Part shown: positions 17,678 through 24,776 of the stretch, piece by piece
Layout of the letters: every line of letters starts with the position of its first letter
Numbering within the stretch: the first letter of the stretch is position 1
The notes under the pieces: model-generated
What the model was told of the DNA's origin: nothing
Databases searched by the model: none
Seen by the model: only the letters and a program-made list of their open reading frames with translations
Program-made: the position numbers and the translations under genes
Origin: a virus
Lineage: Duplodnaviria > Caudoviricetes
IMG/VR virus record: IMGVR_UViG_3300023283_000387
Span: 1-24,776 of that record
Reading direction: 5' to 3' (one strand)
Length of the DNA: 24,776 nucleotides

Positions 17678-18511
17678 CTATGCGACTTCCATCACGCGGA
17701 TGTCCTCGTACCCCGTCGGAAACGCATCGATCTCCGAGGCCCGACGCAGGCGAGCGATCGCCGCCTCGTTCTCCTGTCGCGCGATCGCCAGTGTGCTTTC
17801 ACTGACCTGCCACACGCCGCAGCGGAACGGCTCGATCTTTTCGATGGCGATCAGGTAGACAGGCACGTATTCGCCGATCATCTCGGCGAGCACCGCCTGG
17901 TAGAAAGCAAGCTGGTTGTGGTAGCGCCGGCGCTTGGTTTCGTTTTCAAACCAGGTGAGATCGGCGGTGGTCTTCAGGTCCACGATGCCCCGGTGCGGAT
18001 GCACCCAGTCGATCCTGATCTGACAAGGCGTGTCGCAGTACATGGCGCGAACGACGCCTTCGGATCGGCCGTAGAGCAGCAGGTCCACGGCCTCGTCGTT
18101 CATCGCCACGCCCGAGGCCATCTGCTCGATGAGGGCGACGTTGTCGTGCGAAAGCACCGGCTTGCCCTGGGCCTCGGCCCACTCGGCGAACGCCTTCGTC
18201 GTCGATCCGAACGGTTTGCCCGTCTTGAGATTGATCGGCCCGCCGATGGCGAATTGCGTCTCGTAGGCGTCACGGCCCTCGAGAATGCGGACGTGCGTCG
18301 CCCGGCCGATCAGCAGCGCCGGTGTGTCGCCATTCCGGGGGTCCTGGATCAGACCGAGTTGCTTCTTGCGATACAGCCACGGACAGGCCATGAAGTCGAT
18401 CAGCTGGTGGCTCGACAGATTCTCGCCGGCCTTCGCGTGGTATTCATCCGCCGGTTCGGCGGCGAGAACGCTGAGATCGATGGCCAGGTTGTCGTTGGTG
18501 TTCGTAGTCAT
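17678..18511 (-). CDS. PD-(D/E)XK exonuclease, DUF3799/RecE(ExoVIII)-like
   Basis: 277 aa from ATG 18511; YH...LSSHQL, IGRATH..ILE, RIDW, IVDLKTT, YHNQLAFY, IAIEK. Confidence 0.88.
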   Translation of the reverse strand: MTTNTNDNLAIDLSVLAAEPADEYHAKAGENLSSHQLIDFMACPWLYRKKQLGLIQDPRNGDTPALLIGRATHVRILEGRDAYETQFAIGGPINLKTGKPFGSTTKAFAEWAEAQGKPVLSHDNVALIEQMASGVAMNDEAVDLLLYGRSEGVVRAMYCDTPCQIRIDWVHPHRGIVDLKTTADLTWFENETKRRRYHNQLAFYQAVLAEMIGEYVPVYLIAIEKIEPFRCGVWQVSESTLAIARQENEAAIARLRRASEIDAFPTGYEDIRVMEVA

Positions 18512-19134
18512 TGCTGTGTCCTTCCACCTTTGTCTTTTTGCAGGCGGCACGGTTTTTTTGCGTGCGATCCCAGGAATTCAGAAAAACCCTCGCGCTTCGC
18601 GAGGTGACAGGCGATGCGCTTCATGGCGCGCGTCACGGTGGAGGGGGCCACGTTCAGTTCGCGGGAGGCACTGAAAGGTGAGTGCCCGGCCTTCAGCAGT
18701 TCGCAGAGCTGATGTTCGAAGTCCGAGCGACCGCGCATCGCGTGGTCGAGTTCGTCGCGCAGATCGACGCTGCGATGCGGGTTCTCGCCGACGGGGTCGA
18801 CAATCAGAACATCGAGCCCCGACTCGACGTCATCGAACCCCACTGTGTCGAGGGTATTTCCGAAGCCTTCTCGAATTCGGATCAGTCGGCGGACATGGTG
18901 CTTGTATCGCCGGTTGATCACCATCAGCACGAAGCGGTGCAACAGACATTTGTCCGGGTCGTACACCTGTCGCGCCTGTAGGATCGCGATGCAGAAATCC
19001 TGCTGCAGGTCATCGCCGTCGGCACGGCTCAGGCCGAACTTGCGGCGCAGCCGCCTGGCGGAGCCTTCGATGCGCCGCAGCACTTGGGGGGTAAGGAACA
19101 GTTCGGACGCGGGGAGGTCGGCTTTGGTAGCCAT
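18508..19134 (-). CDS. Phage-encoded sigma-70/ECF-like factor
   Basis: 208 aa; region-2-like DDLQQDF...YDPDK...FVLMVINR and region-4-like HTH SASRELNVAPSTVTRAMKRI; AGGAG RBS. Confidence 0.7.
   Translation of the reverse strand: MATKADLPASELFLTPQVLRRIEGSARRLRRKFGLSRADGDDLQQDFCIAILQARQVYDPDKCLLHRFVLMVINRRYKHHVRRLIRIREGFGNTLDTVGFDDVESGLDVLIVDPVGENPHRSVDLRDELDHAMRGRSDFEHQLCELLKAGHSPFSASRELNVAPSTVTRAMKRIACHLAKREGFSEFLGSHAKKPCRLQKDKGGRTQQ
18530..18564 (-). promoter_or_regulatory. 35-bp conserved upstream element, copy B (recombination/replication genes)
   Basis: Minus strand CACGCAAAAAAACCGTGCCGCCTGCAAAAAGACAA; 31/35 identical to 2521-2555. Confidence 0.7.
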
Positions 19135-19213
19135 CTGCAGATCTCCTGGAACGGAGGTTTCGAATCGCGACCCACGGCGGGCCGCTCCGACCTCCGGGCC
19201 GGTTGCAGATGGC
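19130..19213 (-). promoter_or_regulatory. 5' leader hairpin sequestering RBS and AUG of the sigma-like gene
   Basis: GCCATCTGCA/TGCAGATGGC (10 bp), CGGAGGT/ACCTCCG (7 bp) and GCGGCCC/GGGTCGC (7 bp) nest in one stem. Confidence 0.65.
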
Positions 19214-19270
19214 GGCGCGAAAACTTCTGCGAGCGCTGCAAGCGCCTCAAAAGCAGCACGTTGCGCGCAT

Positions 19271-19316
19271 AAAAAAAGCGATTGCAGTTGCAGCAGATCG
19301 CCGTAACTGCAATCGC
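19271..19316 (-). terminator. Rho-independent terminator after the 327-aa gene
   Basis: Perfect 12-bp inverted repeat GCGATTGCAGTT (19278-19289) / AACTGCAATCGC (19305-19316), followed by T7 on the minus strand, 25 bp after the stop. Confidence 0.8.
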
Positions 19317-19341
19317 GATGTCAGTGATTCTGTGAGTAGAC

Positions 19342-20325
19342 TCAGCGCCGGCGCTGGTAGTTCAGCACCGATTCCAGAGACTCCGCAGCGTCCCAAAGGA
19401 TGCGGAGCTTGACGGCACGCTTGTCATGACGGCAGCGTGAAACGGACGACGTCGTCATGCCGAGGTTCTTCGCCAGAACCTGCTGCTGAGGCAGAGGCAG
19501 CAACGTCGGCTCCTGCCCACGATCGATCTGGGTGTATGCGTGGTCGCGTGCGGCGAGCAGGTGCGACTCAAGGGCTCTTTCAAGCTTCTCGATGTCCGCC
19601 GTACGAGTGCCCCTTATCGGCGCTGACCGCTTGTTTCGGTAGTTGGCCAGTAGCGTCGTACCCACCAGCTGACAGAATGCCTGGAGATACTCTTCCCACG
19701 CGGGCGTTTCAGCGAGGCCATCGGAAACCGGCGTCAACACCTCGTTGAGTGTGACCAGCATGAGCTTCTGATCGCGCGCCCTGGTGTCGATGGCTTCGGT
19801 CCAGTTCGCGCGGGTCGGTGTAAGCAGGATCGCTCCCGGCTTCGCGTTGTTCGAACCGAGCTCGAGCACGGCATGCGACAGTCCGGACGCCTGCTGGCAC
19901 ATCACCAGGAACACCGGGAAACTTGCCGCCTTCTTCGGCTCCCAGTTGGCGATGCGAAAGCAGGTGGTCGCCTCATCGACCGGCGTCCGTGCGATGTTCA
20001 GGCAACTGAGCGTTTCACACACGACCTTCCGGATCGCACGCGGGTTGAGTCGATGCAGCACGATGTCGTCCCGTTGCAGCTGGACCCGCCGCTGCCAGTC
20101 ATCGGCATCCACGGCCGTGATCAGTCCATCGTTGTGACGAATGACCCGCAGCCACCGTCCCGGCCGCTGCAGGTCGGGGTATCTGGTGGCCATCTGCCCC
20201 GTCGGCGACAGCATCGGCTCGATGACGGGAAAGCAGTCGCCTGCGACACGCTTCCATTCAGCTGCCACCGCCGTGCGGCTTGGCCGGGATTCAAGCAGTC
20301 GCCAGAACGGCGTCAGCGTCGACAT
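19342..20325 (-). CDS. Hypothetical protein with C-terminal HTH
   Basis: 327 aa; GGAG RBS; overlaps the upstream gene by 35 bp; QQVLAKNLGMTTSSVSRC is HTH-like. Confidence 0.8.
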   Translation of the reverse strand: MSTLTPFWRLLESRPSRTAVAAEWKRVAGDCFPVIEPMLSPTGQMATRYPDLQRPGRWLRVIRHNDGLITAVDADDWQRRVQLQRDDIVLHRLNPRAIRKVVCETLSCLNIARTPVDEATTCFRIANWEPKKAASFPVFLVMCQQASGLSHAVLELGSNNAKPGAILLTPTRANWTEAIDTRARDQKLMLVTLNEVLTPVSDGLAETPAWEEYLQAFCQLVGTTLLANYRNKRSAPIRGTRTADIEKLERALESHLLAARDHAYTQIDRGQEPTLLPLPQQQVLAKNLGMTTSSVSRCRHDKRAVKLRILWDAAESLESVLNYQRRR

Positions 20326-21508
20326 CGGCCTGCTGCTCCTGTTCGTAACAGATGAAACCGCGCCGCGTCATCCACTCATGAATGATGGCGCTGTCCGATT
20401 CGCGGTCGAACGCCGCGATGTTCGGCGGTTCGATGGTCACGATCCGCTCTTTGCCCCCGACGAACCGCACGCGGAACTTGGCCCGGACCAGCCGGATCGA
20501 TGCCGACTCGTCAGCGAGATTGCGGCCCTTGTCCTTCAGTGCCCTGAACACATCGTGTGAGCGGCGGATTTCCAGATCATGCTGTTCACTGTCGTGCTCG
20601 ATGTGCAGTTCGATGAGGTCGATACCGTCAAGCCCATCCACGTCATTCCACAGCAGGGACTGCCGGCCATGGTCGATCAGCGGCTGGAGCGTGTACTTGG
20701 ATACGGGATCATCGAAGCGGAAGAACGCCTCGTCGCCGAACAGATGCTTCCCGAGGTAAAGGCAGAAGGCCTGGCGTTCGCCCTTGGTTTCCGTGTTGAT
20801 CGCCAGTTCACCTGACTGCGGGTAGAGGATCAGCACATCGAATTTCTCCGGTCGATAAAAGACGCTGCCGGATTCGCCATCCGCTTCCACGGTGCCCTCG
20901 CGTTTGATCCGCTGGCCGTGCCTGATCAGAAGCCAGACCCCGTCTTCCCGCACAAACGGGAACACGCGCGCACCGCGTCCCTTCTTCTTGAACTCGTACC
21001 ACCCGTTCAGATCGTCTTCGAGCTGTCGCAGCAGTTCATCGGACAGGTGAGGCATGTCGGGGCGCTGCACCATGGAGGTGAAGTACGACTCGAACTTCTG
21101 CGGCCGCGCCCGGTACTGTTCGGCGTGTACCCGCTCCAGGATGTTGGGGTCCGCCAGCCAGGCCAGCAGCGTCAGGTCTTCCGGAGACGGGTCGCCCGTT
21201 CCCAGGTCGATCTCCAGTTCCTGGCATTCATGCAGAATCCGCTCGTAGCAGTCCGGATCGGCCAGGTTGTCGACGAAGTACAGTGCATCGAGCAGTGCTT
21301 CGGGCGTATCCACGCCCGGCGACATCAGGATGCGGGCCAGATCCTCGAACTCGAACTGGTCCGGGTCGTGCGTCCATCGGAGCCCTCGCTCCTCAAGGAA
21401 GCGCCGGAAGACGGCCTGTGACTCGAAGAACCGGATGAGTAATGCGAAGTCGATCCTTTTGAGGATCGCCACGTTGGTGAAACGTTTGAGTCGGAAGCTC
21501 TGGGCCAT
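20291..21508 (-). CDS. Hypothetical protein
   Basis: 405 aa, globular-looking composition, AGAAAGGA RBS; no family recognised. Confidence 0.85.
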   Translation of the reverse strand: MAQSFRLKRFTNVAILKRIDFALLIRFFESQAVFRRFLEERGLRWTHDPDQFEFEDLARILMSPGVDTPEALLDALYFVDNLADPDCYERILHECQELEIDLGTGDPSPEDLTLLAWLADPNILERVHAEQYRARPQKFESYFTSMVQRPDMPHLSDELLRQLEDDLNGWYEFKKKGRGARVFPFVREDGVWLLIRHGQRIKREGTVEADGESGSVFYRPEKFDVLILYPQSGELAINTETKGERQAFCLYLGKHLFGDEAFFRFDDPVSKYTLQPLIDHGRQSLLWNDVDGLDGIDLIELHIEHDSEQHDLEIRRSHDVFRALKDKGRNLADESASIRLVRAKFRVRFVGGKERIVTIEPPNIAAFDRESDSAIIHEWMTRRGFICYEQEQQADVDADAVLATA

Positions 21509-21531
21509 GGCTGATCGGGTCCTTTCTGGAG

Positions 21532-21551
21532 TGTGAACGTGACGCTAAACG
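21532..21551 (-). promoter_or_regulatory. Putative operator 2 (CGTTTAG-N6-GTTCACA)
   Basis: Matches the site at 22704-22723 with identical spacing; 23 bp upstream of the 405-aa gene. Confidence 0.5.
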
Positions 21552-21575
21552 GTTGGGGTTAAAAAAACACGCCGA

Positions 21576-22274
21576 TCACCCGAACAGGGATGGTGGCGGC
21601 TGCCTTTCAAGGATCAGACCCATGCCCAGAAGCCGAATCTGCATCGCCTGGCCGGACACCTTGAAGGCATCCGCCATCCGGTGCGCGACATCGACCGTGG
21701 GGTAGTCATCTGCGCCGACGCCGAAACGCGCGCGGCGTTCAGCGAACTCGGCCTCGGCCACGTACGGCTCGGGGCTGCCGCTGATCCGGCTCCACCATTG
21801 CTTCATCAGTGGCTCGGGCATCAGCAGGTAGCTGGCGAACGCATCCGCCTGCCATTCGATCTTGGGCTTGCGCGATTTGGGCAAATCACGACAGACCACC
21901 GACGGCTCGGCCTTCGCGCCGAACAACCCCGCGCTGCGGGCCTCGATCAACTGGTGCCGATGCAGAACCCAGTGGCCGGTTTCATGAGCCATCGTGAAGT
22001 GGTATCGCCCCTCACGGTCAGGATGCTCATACGGATCGAGGGACTGGTCGATCAGCACCTCGCGATCCTCGACCCAGATCGCACCCAGCACATCCGGCCG
22101 TCCGAAGCGCCCGCACAGATCTTTGAAGTCCAGAGACAACCCAAGGTGACAATCGATGATTTCGGTCGCCGGCACGGGCGGCTCGTCGATGTCACCGAAC
22201 TTTGCGGCGTACTCGCCCAGCAAGCCGCTGGCAGCCCGCTCGATATGCGCTTCTGGAAGAAACTTCACGTCCAT
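21576..22274 (-). CDS. ImmA/IrrE family metallo-endopeptidase (antirepressor)
   Basis: 232 aa; RYHFTMAHETGH (HExxH), EWQADAFASYLLMP, FKVSGQAMQIRL; directly downstream of the XRE HTH. Confidence 0.93.
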   Translation of the reverse strand: MDVKFLPEAHIERAASGLLGEYAAKFGDIDEPPVPATEIIDCHLGLSLDFKDLCGRFGRPDVLGAIWVEDREVLIDQSLDPYEHPDREGRYHFTMAHETGHWVLHRHQLIEARSAGLFGAKAEPSVVCRDLPKSRKPKIEWQADAFASYLLMPEPLMKQWWSRISGSPEPYVAEAEFAERRARFGVGADDYPTVDVAHRMADAFKVSGQAMQIRLLGMGLILERQPPPSLFG

Positions 22275-22288
22275 CCGGTTACCTCAAT

Positions 22289-22657
22289 TCAGTCCTGTCG
22301 GCGGCGAAGCCGCTCGGTCAGTTTCCGCAATTGCTCGTCGCTCAGGTTCAGGTCGCGAGCCGTTCGGAGAAAATCCGCCATGGCTTTGGGCTGGTCCTGG
22401 ATGATCTCCTTCAGGTCCGGATCGACCCTGTTGGCCAGTGCAAGCAGTTCGTCGGCGTCGATGTCCAGCAGTTCAGCCATCTTCTTGATCCGCTTCGGGG
22501 CGGGTGGGGCGAACTCGCCCGTCTCCACCTTGCTCAGGAAGGTCGGGCTGACGCCAACGGCCTCCGCGAATTTCCGCAGAGAATAGTTGGGGTCGTCCTT
22601 CTTCCTGGCCTCCCGGAGCTGGCGTATCCGTCTTCCGAATTCCGGGTTGCCGGCCAT
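22289..22657 (-). CDS. XRE-family HTH repressor (ImmR-like)
   Basis: 122 aa; FGRRIRQLR...SLRKFAEAVGVSPTFLSKVETG; no S24 autoprotease domain. Confidence 0.92.
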   Translation of the reverse strand: MAGNPEFGRRIRQLREARKKDDPNYSLRKFAEAVGVSPTFLSKVETGEFAPPAPKRIKKMAELLDIDADELLALANRVDPDLKEIIQDQPKAMADFLRTARDLNLSDEQLRKLTERLRRRQD

Positions 22658-22671
22658 TGGTTCATCCCGTC

Positions 22672-22740
22672 TTTATAGTGTCTGGTCGTCCGCATGTCTA
22701 GATCGTCAACTTTATACTAAACGCCCATGCTGTGCGTCAA
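22672..22740 (-). promoter_or_regulatory. Tandem sigma-70-like promoters for the repressor operon
   Basis: TTGACG(22740-22735)-N18-TATAAA(22716-22711) and TAGACA(22700-22695)-N17-TATAAA(22677-22672). Confidence 0.6.
22704..22723 (-). promoter_or_regulatory. Putative operator 1 (CGTTTAG-N6-GTTGACG, imperfect palindrome)
   Basis: Overlaps the -10 of the distal promoter; repeated at 21532-21551. Confidence 0.55.
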
Positions 22741-23209
22741 GCCCCGCCCGTGAGTTTTCCACATCCCGGTCCGCCCGGACCCCCACCTCCTGCCACATCG
22801 CCCTCTGCCGCCGCCAGTCCACTTCAGCCGCGATTCGCCTGATCTGGCGTTCCACGATCGGGTCGCGCCCGGCCTGCACGCGCGGCAGCGCCAGCAGCGC
22901 CTCCTGAATGTCCGGGGCCAAGTGCAGGAAATTCATGATCTGCGTCACCCGTGCCCGGGTCACGTGACCGAGTTCAGCCAGTTCCGCCTGATCGCGGACG
23001 GCTCCGCGTTGCAGCAGGTGCTCGAACCGCAGCGCCAGTGCCATCAGGCGTGTGACGCGTGGCATCCGGCCGGGTTCCGCCTCGATCGATTCTTCCTCGA
23101 CGACCTGCTGCACGGCGCGACGGGCGTTGTGTTCACGGATGAACTTGAGCGAATGGCGCTGGGTGACTCCTGTTGCGGAGAATTCCGGGGGTTCCGGGGG
23201 TTCAGGCAT
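22712..23209 (-). CDS. Integrase-associated protein with ParB/KorB-like HTH
   Basis: 165 aa from ATG 23209 (GGAG RBS, overlaps integrase stop); QAELAELGHVTRARVTQIMNFLHLAPDIQEAL. Confidence 0.75.
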   Translation of the reverse strand: MPEPPEPPEFSATGVTQRHSLKFIREHNARRAVQQVVEEESIEAEPGRMPRVTRLMALALRFEHLLQRGAVRDQAELAELGHVTRARVTQIMNFLHLAPDIQEALLALPRVQAGRDPIVERQIRRIAAEVDWRRQRAMWQEVGVRADRDVENSRAGLDAQHGRLV

Positions 23210-24776
23210 GGCATGTCTCCATTTCGGCAAAGGCCTGCAGCCCCGCCGGGTGGTAGGTGATGGCGATCTCGTCGTTCGCCCCGTCGTACTCGATGCACTG
23301 CACGAGCAGATGGATCAGACGCGCGCGCTCATCCGGTCGAAGCCGGTCCCACATCGGGTCGAACGCCTCCAGTGCCCCGGTCAGTTCGTCTTCGTCGATC
23401 ATCCGGTGCTGCAGGTCCACTATCTGTCGATTCAGTTCTCCGATCTCCTTTTCCACCTCGACCAGTTCGTCCTGAAGGCGGGCCAGTTCGGCCGCCACCC
23501 CAGGCGTGGCATGCATGGCGGGGCTGCGGGTCAGATCGTTGATGTCTTCGCTGATGCGTCGCGCCCGGTTCTCGCGCAGCTTGCGGCGCTGCACCAGGTC
23601 CTGCGTCTCGCGGTTGAGCTGTTCGCCGGCCCGTGTGATCACGTCTTTCAGCAGATTTCTGTCGCCGGTCATCTCCTTGATCCGCTCGACCACGAACTGT
23701 TCCAGTTCGCCCGCGGGCAGTGACGGGTACGGGCACGACGACCAGCCCTTTTTCTGTGCGGTCTGGCAGACGTAGTAGCGATACCGGCGCTGGCCGCGCG
23801 AGGCGTAGTGGTGGCTCATGCCACAGCCGCAGTGCCGGCAGCGCACCAGCCCCTTGAGCAGCGCCCCATACTTGTTCCGCTGATACTTGCCCCCGCTGTT
23901 GCGGTTGCGGGCGAGCTGGCCCTGCACGCGGCCGAACAGATCTTCGTCCACGATCGCCTCGTGTTCGCCGTCGAAACACTGGTCGTTGTGGATAATCTTC
24001 CCGAGATAGAGCCGGTTGGTCAGCAGTTTCAGCAGTGTCGACTTGTCGAAATCCTTCCCGCCGCGAGGCACGCCCTTGCTCGTGGTGTACTGCTTGTTCC
24101 GCCAGCCCCGGGCATCCAGCCAGTGGACGGTCTGGAGGATAGACTGCAGTTCCAGGTACTTGCCGAAGATAGTGCGAACGCGCTTCGCCTCTTCCTCATT
24201 GACGACCAGCCGCGTGCCACGGTTGTCCCGCATCCGGTCATAGCCCAGCACCGGCGCTCCACCGGTCCACTTACCCCTGCGTCGGGCCGAGGCGATTTTG
24301 TCCCGCGTGCGCTCCGAGATGATCTCCCGCTCGAACTGGGCGAAGCTGAGCAGGATGTTCAGCGTCAGCCGGCCCATCGAACTGGTCGTGTTGAACTGCT
24401 GGGTGACGCTGACCAGCGATACCCCGTGCCGTTCCAGCGTCTCCATGATCCTGGCGAAGTCCATCAGACTGCGCGACAGGCGGTCGATCTTGTAGACGAC
24501 GATGCAGTCGATGCGTTCGGCCTCGACATCCGCCATCAGCCGCTGGAACGCGGGCCGGTCCACCGTCCCGCCGGAGAAGCCGCCATCGTCATAGCGATCG
24601 GCCAGGCACACCCAGCCCTGACTCTTCTGGCTGGCGATGTAGTTCTCGCCCGCGTCACGCTGGGCGTCGAGCGTGTTGAAATCCAGTTCCAGTCCCTCGT
24701 CCGTGCTCTTTCGGGTGTAGATGGCGCAGCGCACGGTTGGCGTATCTGCAGCCTGTTTGCTGTTCGACTTGTTCAT
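23202..24776 (-). CDS. Large serine recombinase (integrase)
   Basis: 524 aa; catalytic YTRKS, VYKIDRLSRS, AQFEREIISER, recombinase domain, Zn ribbon CRHC...YYVC...C, coiled coil. Confidence 0.95.
   Translation of the reverse strand: MNKSNSKQAADTPTVRCAIYTRKSTDEGLELDFNTLDAQRDAGENYIASQKSQGWVCLADRYDDGGFSGGTVDRPAFQRLMADVEAERIDCIVVYKIDRLSRSLMDFARIMETLERHGVSLVSVTQQFNTTSSMGRLTLNILLSFAQFEREIISERTRDKIASARRRGKWTGGAPVLGYDRMRDNRGTRLVVNEEEAKRVRTIFGKYLELQSILQTVHWLDARGWRNKQYTTSKGVPRGGKDFDKSTLLKLLTNRLYLGKIIHNDQCFDGEHEAIVDEDLFGRVQGQLARNRNSGGKYQRNKYGALLKGLVRCRHCGCGMSHHYASRGQRRYRYYVCQTAQKKGWSSCPYPSLPAGELEQFVVERIKEMTGDRNLLKDVITRAGEQLNRETQDLVQRRKLRENRARRISEDINDLTRSPAMHATPGVAAELARLQDELVEVEKEIGELNRQIVDLQHRMIDEDELTGALEAFDPMWDRLRPDERARLIHLLVQCIEYDGANDEIAITYHPAGLQAFAEMETCHA

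Larger units (their letters stand above)
24..23199. repeat. Dispersed motif TTCCGGGG(G) / (C)CCCCGGAA, 21 exact 8-mer copies
   Basis: Counted by eye. TTCCGGGG starts at 67, 180, 260, 759, 841, 1690, 2271, 2310, 5094, 8575, 10270, 11036, 13253, 15504, 18333, 23183, 23192. CCCCGGAA starts at 24, 543, 739, 15942. Confidence 0.9.
1..24776 (-). mobile_element. Temperate prophage (partial; integrase at right edge, head genes run off left edge)
   Basis: Co-oriented integrase, immunity, recombination/replication, methyltransferase, terminase, portal and protease genes in canonical phage order, with many ATGA/TAATG overlaps. No att site identifiable in the window. Confidence 0.95.

Noticed and set aside
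21556-21575. AAAAAAACACGCC as a third copy of the 35-bp element
   Set aside because: Only the A-tract and a few bases match, in the opposite orientation, and the second box is missing.
22660-24776. Attachment site near the integrase
   Set aside because: The window ends at the integrase start codon, so no host junction or core repeat can be identified.

Overview
The whole window is part of one high-GC temperate prophage, read almost entirely on the - strand and continuing beyond at least the left edge. From right to left it carries five modules. (1) A large serine integrase with a coupled HTH gene. (2) An XRE repressor, an ImmA/IrrE metallopeptidase and two unknown genes. (3) A phage sigma-70-like factor. 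(4) Recombination/replication genes: PD-(D/E)XK exonuclease, AAA ATPase, DUF669, RusA, DUF4406-DUF6378 fusion, metallophosphoesterase, SF2 helicase and Prim-Pol/helicase, followed by an iteron-rich putative origin. (5) Two DNA methyltransferases, a five-gene + strand accessory cassette, terminase, lambda-type portal and a prohead protease that the ORF track missed. Gene content resembles prophages I associate with Planctomycetota, which is unverified inference. The strongest unexplained signal is a non-palindromic motif, TTCCGGGG(G), with 21 exact copies that often look like in-frame insertions in phage proteins. Other notable signals: a 35-bp element duplicated 16 kb apart in front of the recombination and head genes; a repeated operator linking the repressor to the two unknown genes; a long hairpin hiding the sigma gene's RBS and AUG; and a multi-stem intergenic RNA. 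All family calls come from motif recognition by eye, not database searches.
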